From NCBI GenBank assembly GCA_038087875.1, contig CM075990.1:8062001-8126000 (forward strand): a stretch of DNA of 64,000 nt, written 5' to 3'. The notes beneath the pieces are model-generated. The model saw only the letters and a list, made by a program, of their open reading frames with translations. It was not told where the DNA came from and made no database searches. Origin of the DNA: Malacoraja senta (taxonomy: Eukaryota). This document shows positions 53,424 to 64,000 of this stretch, piece after piece; within the stretch, counting starts at the first letter, position 1; each line of letters begins with the position of its first letter. A program made the translations under genes and the position numbers.

Positions 53424-54705
53424 CATCTCACCGCAGCCTATGACACTGTGGCACAAAGGCCTCCTCCTAAAACTCACCAAAGCACTCCCTGCCTGGGCAT
53501 CAGAAACCATCAAATCTCTGCTCTCCAACCGCAGGTTCAGAGTTCACCTTGGACAGAACAAGAGTGCATGGAGAACACAGAAGAATGGGCTCCCGCAAGG
53601 GTCAGTTTTAGCCCCAACCTTTTTCAACCTTTACACAAATGACCTACCCACCACCAAATCCCGCAAATTCATCTATGCAGATGACATCTGTTTGGCCTTC
53701 CAAGCACCAGATTTTGGTACATTGGAACAGGTGCTCAATGAAGACCTTGCTAAACTAGACGAGTACTGCAAAACCTGGCGCCTAAAACCAAACCCAGAAA
53801 AAACGGTATCCAGTGTGTTCCACCTCCATAATGCAGAAGCCACAAGAGAACCAAACATCTATCTGAGCAGGACCAAACTGAAGTATGCCCCCACTCCAAC
53901 CTACCTCGGAGTGACCCTTGACAGGACCCTATCCTTCAAGGGACATCTCAAAAGAACAGCAGCTAAGGTGAAGTCCAGAAACAATCTCCTCAGTAAGCTT
54001 GTTGGCTCAAAGTGGGAGCAGCAGCCCCCACACTGCGCATTTCAGCACTAGCCCTTGCATTTTCTTCAGCCGAATATTGCGCCCCTGTTTGGTCCAGGTC
54101 ATCCCACACACACCATGTGGACACCCAATTGAACTCAACAATGAGGATCATCACAGGAACAATCCGCTCAGCACCACTCCCCTGGCTCCCTGTCCTATCC
54201 AATATAGCCCCTCCACACATCCGGCGAGTAGCCCTCACTCAAAGGATGCTCCAAAAGACCAAAAACTCCCCTCATCTGCCAATTCACATGGACATCTTCA
54301 ACCCACCCACTGCTCGACTTCCATCTAGACGACCAATTTGGAAGAACCCACCACAGCTGATTTCACCACCCAATCAGCTTGGAAAAAGGAATGGGAGTCC
54401 AAGGACGTCCCAAATAAACATCTGGTGTCAGACCCAACCCTACCGGTCCCTGGCACCAAACTCCCAAGGAAGCAGTGGATGACGCTGAATAGATTCAGGA
54501 CTGGACATGGCCCCTGCTTGGCCAGCCTTCACAATGGGGCAGCAGCCCAACCCCACGGCGTGCTTGTGGAGAGCAGCAAACAATGCAACACATCATTGAA
54601 GCATGCCACAAAAAAGACTTAAAGGAGGACTTGTCACCCTTCATACAGCTAGATCAAGAGGCAACTGCTTGGCTAAAGGACTTTGCATTCGCTAAATAAA
54701 AAAAT
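53424..54705 (+). mobile_element. 5'-truncated Vingi/Ingi-like non-LTR retrotransposon (RT + C-terminal domain), frameshifted
   Basis: LTAAYDTV, GLPQGSVLAPT, YADD, YLGVTLDRTL, GSKWGAAAPTLRISALAL..AEYCAPVW, LNRFRTGHG, ACGEQQTMQHII, and an A-rich end. No RNase H is visible, which fits Vingi. Confidence 0.75.
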
Positions 54706-55901
54706 TATGATGCACATGAATCCAACTTAGATGGAGTCTGTGGTATAGCTTTAAATTGGCCAAGTCCTTGGAAGAACCCAACCAATTATTCTGCATCTGC
54801 CCAACAACCAGTATTCGAGACACGAGAGATTGCATATGATAGTTTCTCCAGGAAAACAAACAAACTGATGTTTAGAGGGATATGGGCCAAACGCAGGCAG
54901 GTGGGACTAGTATAGATGGGGCATGTTGGCCAGTGTGGGCAAATTGTGCCGATGGGTCTGTTCCACCCTGTAAAAGACTCTGACTTACAGCGTGGAAGTC
55001 AACAGACCAGGCAGCATCTGTGGAGGCAGAATGTTGGCCAGTGTTAGTTCTCTCTGTTTACCTCGTGGGGCTTTTAGACGAATCGTGAGCGGCTGTCCCA
55101 AGCCACGAGTTCCGTTGTGAGTTATCTGTTCCTCTTTGGTACATAAACGGTCTCCCACATTCCTAAACCAGTGGAGACAAGACCAGTGGGTAATGTTCGT
55201 TGGCGAAGGCTTATTATAGTCACAAAATGGCAAACTCCGGGTTCAGCTTGGCTCGGTTGTATTACTTTCTGCACTGTTTGCCAGTTGAACGGTCGTGAAC
55301 GAGAGTGCTTTTTCTAATTATCCACCTGGCGTCCATCGCGACCTTCTGCCCTTGGAGATAGAAGGAACTGCAGATGCAGATGCTGGAATCTTGAGCAAAA
55401 CGCAAAGTGCTGGAGGAACTCCACGAGCCAGGCAGACTCTGCGGAGGAGGCGGAGGAGGCGGAGAGGCGATGTTTCGTATCGCGCCCGGACCCTTCTTCA
55501 CACCTTAACCGCACCGAAACCGTTGCAATGCGCTCCCTACTTGTCCTCAAGGTGTAATCTGTCGGGCCTCGCGACCCTTTCCTTGGCGAGGATAATCCTT
55601 CCCCCTCTGGTACTGTCTACGGCAGGTCTCTAACCTCCCCCCCCCCGTCCCCTCAGCTGAATCATGTCTTAAAGGCCATTCTGGACATCTTCCCATTGCA
55701 ATCCTAGGTCGACGATCCCACTGACCCCATGCTTACCTCCTCTCTACATCCCTCCCCCTTCCAAGTTCCCCGGCCAGTCTGACTGTCTCCGACTACATTT
55801 TATGATCTGTTCTACATTTCCCTCGATGATCATCCCTTTGTCCTGTTTTCACACCTGACACTTCCTTATCTGTGTATCCCCCCCTCTCCCCTGACATCAG
55901 T

Positions 55902-55929
55902 CTGAAGAAAGGTCTCGACCCGAAACGTC
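55902..55929 (+). ncRNA. Minimal hammerhead ribozyme core inside a longer Penelope pLTR copy (~55735-55990)
   Basis: CTGAAGA-A-AGGTC-TC-GACCC-GAAA-CGTC, with one stem II mismatch. Confidence 0.6.
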
Positions 55930-56797
55930 ACCCATTCCTTCTCTCCGGAGATGCTGCCTGTCCGCTGAGTTACTCCAGCATTTTGTGACTTCTCCCAACA
56001 CCCAGTGAATCTCAGAACGCCACCATCTCCCTGATCCACTCTGTTCCCATATGTTCAGTTACCTTCCTGAAATTTCTCTTTGAAATTTCTCTCTCTCTCT
56101 CTGAAAGCATAAACAATAATGGGTCTCTGCGAGCGCCAGACTTATCTCCCGGCTCGACGCTCCATTAACCAGGAACGACCTTCCCCTCTTTGACGTTATT
56201 AATGGTGAAGTTTCCATGACATTCCCCGATGCCCCGACGGCAGTGAAGCTTTTGGGTCGACAACGTCTGATCCGCGGCAGACTTCCAAAGCCGCCATCAG
56301 CGAGCTGCCCGAGTAACACAGACGCGCAAATGTCCAGACGTGTGCATCTCAACCTTTTTATTTGCAAACATTTACCAGCACAAAACAAACCAGACAGCGG
56401 GGCTTTTTGGTACCAAGTTTGTAGCCCACACCTCGAGAGCTAGCGGAGCCCCAGATACCCGGACTCGCGGCAACACCCGGGTCTTCCTGTGTTCAGAGAG
56501 AGAGAGAGATTTAGAAATCTAAGACCCTGTTGATCTGTGGTATGGCATCAGTCATCCTGTCTCTGTCTTTCTCTGTGTCTGACTGTCTCTCTCGAAGATA
56601 GACACACAATGCTGGAGTAACTCAGCGGGACAGGCAGCATCTCTGGAGAGAAGGAATGGGTGACGTTTCGGGTGGGTCTCGAATTCCTTTTGTCCAGAGA
56701 CGCTGCCGGTCCCGCTGAGTTACTCCAGCTTTTTGTGTCTATCTTCGGTTTAAACCAGCATCTGCAGTTCTTTCCTACACATGACTCTCTCTCTCTT

Positions 56798-56847
<50 letters not shown>

Positions 56848-56954
56848 ATATATAGTGTCTTCACCAATGCTCGCTTTCTTCCCCCCCCCACCCCGCACAG
56901 ACAACACACACACACACATACATGTATATTACACACATATACAACCACATCAGT

Positions 56955-56982
56955 CTGAAGAAGGGTCTGGACCCGAAACGTC
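56955..56982 (+). ncRNA. Minimal hammerhead ribozyme core (Penelope pLTR-derived)
   Basis: CTGAAGA-A-GGGTC-TG-GACCC-GAAA-CGTC, core intact. Confidence 0.7.
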
Positions 56983-57087
56983 ACCCATTCCTTTTCTCCA
57001 GAGACTCTGCCGGTCCCGCTGAGTTCCTCCAAGATTTTGTGTTCACCTAGGGTAAACATATACTTCCTTTCAACCGAACACATAACG

Positions 57088-57230
57088 CACACTCATACTC
57101 ACTCTCCTATTCGCACTCACACTCACTCACTCTCACACACTCACTCACTCACTCACTCACTCACTCACTCACTCACTCTCACACTCACTCACTCACTCTC
57201 CTATTCGCACTCAGTCTCACACTCACACTC
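57088..57230. repeat. (ACTC)n microsatellite; (CA)n at 56800-56844
   Basis: Directly visible. Confidence 0.9.
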
Positions 57231-57249
57231 CAAGCCGCCTCTGCACATT

Positions 57250-57872
57250 AACGAGTGTGAAGATTCCGTGTGAATGACTTTCCGCAGCAGGCGGGCGGGC
57301 GGCCGGGCCGGTCGGTGCCGCGAGTTCACCGCTCCCTCCATCCGCCCATCGGTCCGTGTTCCTCTGAATCAAACTTGCGGGAGCCCCACACCCCTCCCTG
57401 CCCAGCGGCCGTTTCACGCCAGGCCAGCCACAGGTTAAAGGCGGATCGGGGGCAAAACACAGCCCCACCCCCAAAGTCCCAGCGCCTGTTCCCCCCCCCC
57501 CCTTTCACCTTTTATACTTTAGACCCTAAACTGTCCCGAGCCTGTACCCGGCTAAGCCTCCTGTTGCTGATTCAGGGTGCAGCAGAAAGCTAGGATAATC
57601 CGTGACTGGCAAACTCGTGGATTTGTTCTGTCCCCTCTCTCCCATTCCCCTCTCCTCCACCCCCCTAACTCCCTATCTTCTGATCCTCTCCCTCTCTCCC
57701 TCACCCCTTAACATCTTCTGATCGTCTCCCTCTCCATTCTCTCCCTCTCTCCTCTACCCACCCCCTCAACTCCTCGTCTCTGATCGCCTCTCTCTCTCTC
57801 ACTGTCTCTATATCTATCTGTATCTCTCTTTCACCCTCTCTCTCCCTTCCCTCCCCCTTTCTCCCTCCCTCC

Positions 57873-57904
<32 letters not shown>

Positions 57905-58273
57905 CTCTTTCTCACTTTCCTCTCTCCTCTCTCTGCTACATTGGCTGGCTGGCTGGCTGGCTCCTCTTTAATCTGTCTCCATCTCTCCGCGCAGTTCCAT
58001 GTAGACACACACACACACAACACACACTGCAATCACGTGGCGCAGAGACACCTCCACAATTTGGATGTGATGTCCGGGAGCTGGTGGGGAGAAGCGCCGG
58101 CTCCGCGCACTTTGCCTCTGCTCCTTGCCCCCCTCTCGGCGGCCGCGCGTTGTGACCGCCGGTTATTCATGGTGGCGGTGGCCGTGTGCGTGTATGTGTG
58201 TGTGTGCCCGCGCGTCCGGGGCGGGGGTTTGCAGTAGGAATTGCCCCGAGCCGACTGATGCGCAAAGGAAAAA
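57250..58273 (+). promoter_or_regulatory. CpG-rich promoter / 5' UTR region of GRID1
   Basis: High GC and CpG density compared with the CpG-depleted flanks (CpG-rich patches from ~55400 to ~59650). Contains GC boxes (GGGCGG), a CACGTG E-box near 58035 and polypyrimidine tracts immediately upstream of exon 1. TSS not determinable from sequence. Confidence 0.65.
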
Positions 58274-58362
58274 ATGGAAGTTCTACCCCTGTGCCTCTTA
58301 GCCGCCTTGTCTTGGATTTTTGGCAGCGATTTTAACGCGAGCAGATTCCATCATCCACATCG
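58274..58362 (+). CDS. GRID1: GRID1 (glutamate receptor ionotropic delta-1) coding exon 1: signal peptide plus ADSIIHIG; apparent +1 frameshift
   Basis: ATG at 58274 gives MEVLPLCLLAALSWI. Codons GCA GAT TCC ATC ATC CAC ATC G (ADSIIHI-G, 58341-58362) are followed by a GTAAG donor. ADSIIHIG is the conserved mature N-terminus of delta receptors. The two parts join in frame only if one base, e.g. a T of 58317-58321, is removed. Confidence 0.9.
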
Positions 58363-59689
58363 GTAAGAAACGGCAGCGGTGTCTGTGTTGTACATGGTTG
58401 GAGAAGGCAAAGCGATAGCGAGGGAGGGGGGGGGGGGGGTCCGGTGGAGGAGAGGAGAGGGGAAGGGAGCTTGCTTCGGGATGGGGTTGGTGGGATGGTA
58501 GGCAGTTGAGATCGGGGGGTATCTCTCTCTCTCCCTCCCCCACCCCCCCTCTCCCCCTGCTCCTCCCCCTGCCTCCTCTCCCCCTGCCTCCTCTCCCCCT
58601 GCCTCCTCTCCCCTGCCTCCTCTCCCCCTGCCCTCCCCTCCTCCTCCCCCCCTCTCAGTCTCCCTCCTCTCCCCCCCCTCCCTCCGTCTGGGTGAGATGT
58701 GGGATTCTGACTGAACCCTGGGCCGGCAATGACCACCGATCCGGAGCTTCGTGTTGGAATGCCGGATCTCTCTCTATCTCTCCCCCCCTCCCCTCTCCCC
58801 TCTCCAAGCCCTACCACCATATCCAGACCCCACAGCCCCACCGGCCCCACGGTCCAAGATTCAACACCCAACAAACTTTCTCCCCCCGGAGCCCCCGCCG
58901 CGGTAGCTTGAGATTTTCGGGTCCCTCGGAAGCGTAGACTCGGGTCGCGACTCACGGGGCGCTTCTCCCTGCGGGCGCAGTGTAAAAGTTTATGGGGACG
59001 CCCCTACCTTCATCTTTACCACGAACCCCTTCCCTCTCTCCCTCTCTCCCGGTATCCTTACCCCCACAATCCTCCCCTTGTCCCAATCGCCCCCAACTCA
59101 ACCCCTCTCCGCCCACGGTCAGCCCCGAGTCTTTAATACATCTGTACTCCCATAAGTCTATCCCTCCCTCCACCCCACTCCCGACCAACCCCGAGAGATT
59201 AGGGCCTTTCACATGGCCCATAATGTAGGACAATTAAACAAATGGTGAACCCAAACGGCTCAAACCCGGAGCTGGGCTCAGCGACCTGTAGCCCGCTACT
59301 TGACAGTTCCTTCTCGTTGATGTAGAGGACGGCCAGGAGTACAGGACCACGTAGCCCCTCAGCGAGCAGCGATCCGTCAGGGCATGGCACCCCCCCCCCC
59401 CCCGCCCCCCCCCCCGGTGCGGCACTGGCGCGGTGTCTCTCCCTGCCTTTGCTCTGAGCTCTTGTGAACGGACACCTGTACACTGCCGCCAGTCAGCCTG
59501 GGCTTCGGACGGCTAGAGCTGCTTTCAATGTCCCTTTTTATGCCGCTGCAGTAGGCTGTAAAATCGGCCCGAGCGGCTCACCCCGAGCACGTTGGCAGTG
59601 AACCATCCTTCATTTCTGTTGTACGCCTCAAGAGAGTTTCTTAAATATGTTCGTGTGACGGTCCGTGTACAGGCAGACACACATATACA

Positions 59690-59801
59690 GTCAGACACGC
59701 ACATACACACACATACACACACACACACATACACACACACACACACGCACATACACACACACACACACACACACATACACACACACACACACATACACAC
59801 A

Positions 59802-59846
<45 letters not shown>

Positions 59847-60023
59847 ACACACACACACACATACACACACACACATACACACACACACACACACATACAC
59901 ACACACACACACATACACACACACACGCACATACACACACACACACACACACACATACACACACACACACACATACACACACACACATACACACACACAC
60001 ACACACATACACACACACACACA

Positions 60024-60064
<41 letters not shown>

Positions 60065-60087
60065 ACGCACACACACACACACACACG
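59690..60087. repeat. ~400-bp interrupted (CA)n microsatellite in GRID1 intron 1
   Basis: CA runs punctuated by TA and CG. Confidence 0.97.
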
Positions 60088-60993
60088 CTAGATGTACGGC
60101 GTTGATAATATGATTCACTTGTCAGTAAGAACACTGAGTGCAGAATAGCCCAAACTCTCGCGTTGCGGATACAGGCACCAGGAGCGACCCGCTTTTCCAC
60201 AGGCACATAATTAAGAGACCCAAAGAAAGGCATAAACACAACCCCATCCTGAGCTGCCCAACCAACCTCTGCTGCTAAACTGAAGGCATTATATTTCCCA
60301 GTCAACTATTGCAATTCAGGAGTCCTTATTTTGCATCTATTGTACAACCCTGGTCTGTACGGGACCCAAGTAAGCAGGAGAGATCTGCATAGTGTTTAGA
60401 TGCACAGGCATGGACCACACTGTATCCCCATATACGGGCCTAGACTTAACATGATGTATCCAAGTGTGCATTTCCTCTTGTACTGTAAGCGGTCACTTTG
60501 GACTGTAATTACATTTTATTTTATTGGGAAGTTAAATCAGCCAGGCAACAAGTTTATCCCTTTATTAATTACAATGTCACGCATTAATAACTTTATTTTC
60601 AAGATGGCATTTATCCCTGGGATTGATATGTTGCAAGAAGCCGGCCTTTAATGTAACACCACGGACCAATGGAACAATATTTTCTTAACATTAATGTTCC
60701 CTGGGATCGTTGCGTTCAGGCAGATTTATTTATCAGGGGTCACCAGTCCGCATATTAACCAGTGAATGCGTTCATGTTGCTCTTTAATTATCTTAATATC
60801 TCTTGTTCCACGTTTTTTATGTGATGAGTTGACGGAGCGCTGCTGTATAGTCGCTAGCGGGACTGGGTGGACAGTTCCCTGGTGCTGAAATTACTCGCAG
60901 TAACTTCAAAATCATGGGATTCCCAAATGTCCCGCTCGCTCCTGCAATTCGCCCCCCCTTTCCTCTAACTTAAACCCCTCATAGTGCCTGTAA

Positions 60994-61257
<264 letters not shown>

Positions 61258-62791
61258 TAACACGGCTGTGTCCCCTGCACCCGTGTCAAACCCACACTCC
61301 CAGCTATTTTTAATTGCGTACACCTCTCTTCTTGGCATCATCCGTGGAATCGCGTCTGAACGTCTCCCCACACACAGACAGTTGTGGGAATCTCTCCGCG
61401 GCGGCAGAGCCGATGGTGGGCGCTGTTTGACAAGGAATGAATGAATGAATGTTGTCACGGTGGGGCCCTGGGCTTTCTATTGATTACTGGTGGGGTGGTG
61501 GAGACTGAGGGGAGGCATCCGGACTCAGCTCAGCTATGGCCAGTAACTAGTTTGACCCTCCCCCAGTTAACCCCCCCGTCCCACCTACGCCGCTTGCAAG
61601 TAAATGCCACCGGCGAGCTTACAGTCAGTGATCACAGGGTTGCAAATGGATCTGACGCTCTCAGTCTCCAAATCCTTTCTCGGCCAGATGGATTATTGCT
61701 GGCTTCCGCTGGGTTTTGTCGGAGAGATTGCTGCGTTGCATTCAAACTAATAATCCCGAATAAAGGATTAAAAAACAAACCACATCTGCACGGGTTTAAT
61801 GTAACCGTGCAGCGTCCAGTTTTGTAACTACCCACACAGCGCTGTCCCAGGCGGGCTGTCTGAAAACCCCAGCGAGCAAGAGAGAGATAGTAGGAGTCAC
61901 TGTCTGGATAGAGGAGTCACTGTCTGTATTCTCCTTCCCTCCTGTTTGCGAGGTGGTGTGATCACGGGATCATTATTCCCCCCTGAACCGTGGGTGCTGA
62001 ACCGATTTGCATCCCAAACCTTGACATGCGGCAGACCTTAAGCAATGGATTATTGTTATGTAACTCAATACTGGTATTGATCACCGTAATATTATGTGCT
62101 GTGCGGCCAGTTCCTTTAATGGGTTGGTGTGGGTAAGTATTGCGGTGTGGGGTGCAACTTTGTAACTTTGTCACGAGTGGCACCTTAAAACCTTATGTTT
62201 TGCTTCATTACTCGATAAGAGTTCAGGAGAAGTAGTGGCGTCAGAAACCAGTTGGCAGAACCAACATTGTGGACCACAGCTGCACAATAAAAACCTTGTA
62301 CAGGTTTTGCAGCCTTAGTGAGCACGCAAGCACTTTTCACGTGTTTTGGGATCTCTGCCCGTGGGTGATGTTTGACAGGCAATATTGGAACAACTAAGCT
62401 GTTTATTTTGGCAGAAAGTATCAGTTCAGAGTTTTTGTTATAAGGGATAGCCAATCTCTGAAACGTTGCTTCATTGAATATTTTCATTGAATATGAAGGA
62501 GACCATGCGGCCCACCTGTCTCTTCATTCCTACCACTGCTGCACCCAAATGCATAACCAGACTTTTTTGCCTCCAACAATCCCCCAAGTATTTTCTGTAA
62601 TATTACACCTTTATGTCAACTGTCCCTTGACATCTGTCTTGAACTTTGATTATATCTGATTATCCTTTGACCTTATTTTGATACATTGCTTTAGTAATGT
62701 TACATTCCAATTGCACCCCTCCCTTAACACTGATTCAGCAAGTGTGTTGGATTGTGTGTGAAATGGCAATAGTTCTCCATGTCAACAAACT

Positions 62792-62867
62792 ACTTCTTCT
62801 TGCGTATGGCGTGCACAGCCTAAAGTTGTAGGACAACTTGGTCTATTTGATCTTATTTGATTGTGGG
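62792..62867 (-). mobile_element. 76-bp LINE/SINE 3' tail (RTE-like) with 9-bp TSD
   Basis: CAACAAACT at 62783-62791 and 62868-62876, a (GAA)n tail on the minus strand and the stem-loop AAGTTGT-AGG-ACAACTT. Confidence 0.65.
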
Positions 62868-63790
62868 CAACAAACTCCCTCTTCAACACCCATTGGGAAG
62901 TGTGCGTTTCCTTATAGCACCTCTGTCCATAATATTTCATAGAATCTTCTCTTCCCATTGAGTTGAGAACATTTACCTACTTACTCCTCTAATGTACTTT
63001 GTTTCCATGAGTAGACGCACAGATTTTTTAACGTGTAATTTTGCCAATGTAGAACATTTTGATTGAACTTGTATTAATGGTTATAAGATGTTTTAATTCT
63101 TGAAAAAATTATCATGTCGCTTTGTGATATATTTATCCAGTTTCCACACAGATCAGGCCAATGCATTGGAACAATAAAGAACAATGTTTCTGGCATTGTA
63201 GCCTTTATCTTAATTGTTAACTTTCAAATGGCAGTAAGCACCATTGGTGTTTGGTGGTTCAAATTAAATCTAGAATCATTTATGAAAAGAGTTAGATGCA
63301 GATATTTTCACTTGGCCCCAATAGTATCTTACACATATTTTAACTGTCTTCTTTTGCAGATATAAGAGTATTATATCTTGAAATCTTGATTGGTTAGGGA
63401 TAATCCACTTGTTCTTACAGATTGAAGTAATCTAAACAAGTCAACACTAGTTTAAGGATTTTAGTGGACTTACTGTCCATTAAAATTTGAATGCCACTTG
63501 CAGTCATCGTGTTTATTAATGGTAAAAGTTAGATGTTTTTATGATACCACCATTATGATTTAAAAAAAATATTTACCATTAATATTTTGATTTACAAACT
63601 TTATCGAGTAACTTCTTCACAAGAATGAGTAAAGCACAGTGACAGGGAGGAAACTGAGGTGGAAATTTGTTATGGAGAGGTAGGGTTCTTGAGCAGATAT
63701 TGAGTGACTAGCTCCTATGTTTGAAGTATTTTGATGTGACTTCTCAAAGGTAACTTCCCGATTTTGATGGCTATTTCTTTGCAGCACCTA

Positions 63791-64000
63791 CAGTGGCTTG
63801 CAAAAGTATTCATACCCCTTGAACTTTTCCACATTTTGTCACGTTACAACCACAAACGTAAATGTATTTTATTGGGATTTTATGTGATAGACCAACACAA
63901 AGTGGTGCATAATTGTGAAGTGGAAGGAAAATGATACATGGTTTTCAAATTTTTTTACAAATAAAAAACTGAAAAGTGTCGCGTGCAAAAGTATTCAGCC
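63791..64000. mobile_element. One end (long TIR) of a Tc1-family DNA transposon in GRID1 intron 2; runs off the window
   Basis: TA followed by CAGTGGCTTGCAAAAGTATTCA. The motif TGCAAAAGTATTCA is repeated at 63984-63997, as in IR/DR-type Tc1 elements. Confidence 0.85.

Noticed and set aside
58332..59233. GC-rich ORFs around exon 1 and intron 1
   Set aside because: Low-complexity purine/pyrimidine tracts with no recognisable domain.
59525..60305. Long ORFs of CV/HT repeats (146-204 aa)
   Set aside because: Translations of the (CA)n microsatellite, not proteins.

Overview
Vertebrate genomic DNA, very likely from a cartilaginous fish (skate, ray or shark). This is inferred from abundant HE1/V-SINE-type tRNA-derived SINEs and CR1 LINEs with (TTTCTATG)n tails. 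The only host gene I can support is the 5' end of glutamate receptor delta-1 (GRID1), with a CpG-rich promoter, coding exon 1 (58274-58362) and exon 2 (61061-61216) on the + strand. As written, exon 1 has a one-base frameshift in a T5 run. The upstream ~55 kb is rich in transposable elements: two young CR1 LINEs, an L1-clade LINE with a twin-priming-type 5' inversion nested in a ~1 kb TIR element with apparent 7-bp TSDs, a solo LTR, a Vingi/Ingi-like LINE, Rex1 remnants and a Harbinger MITE. GRID1 intron 2 carries an RTE-like tail and a Tc1 end. The most interesting signal is a dispersed family of short Penelope-derived repeats. Each carries a minimal hammerhead-ribozyme core (CUGAAGA-A-GGGUC..GACCC-GAAACGUC) whose stem III is only the palindrome ACGU. 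They occur as tandem arrays and as inverted two-part cassettes flanked by a single TSD. All calls were made by eye. Family names come from recalled motifs, not database searches, and boundaries of degenerate repeats are approximate.
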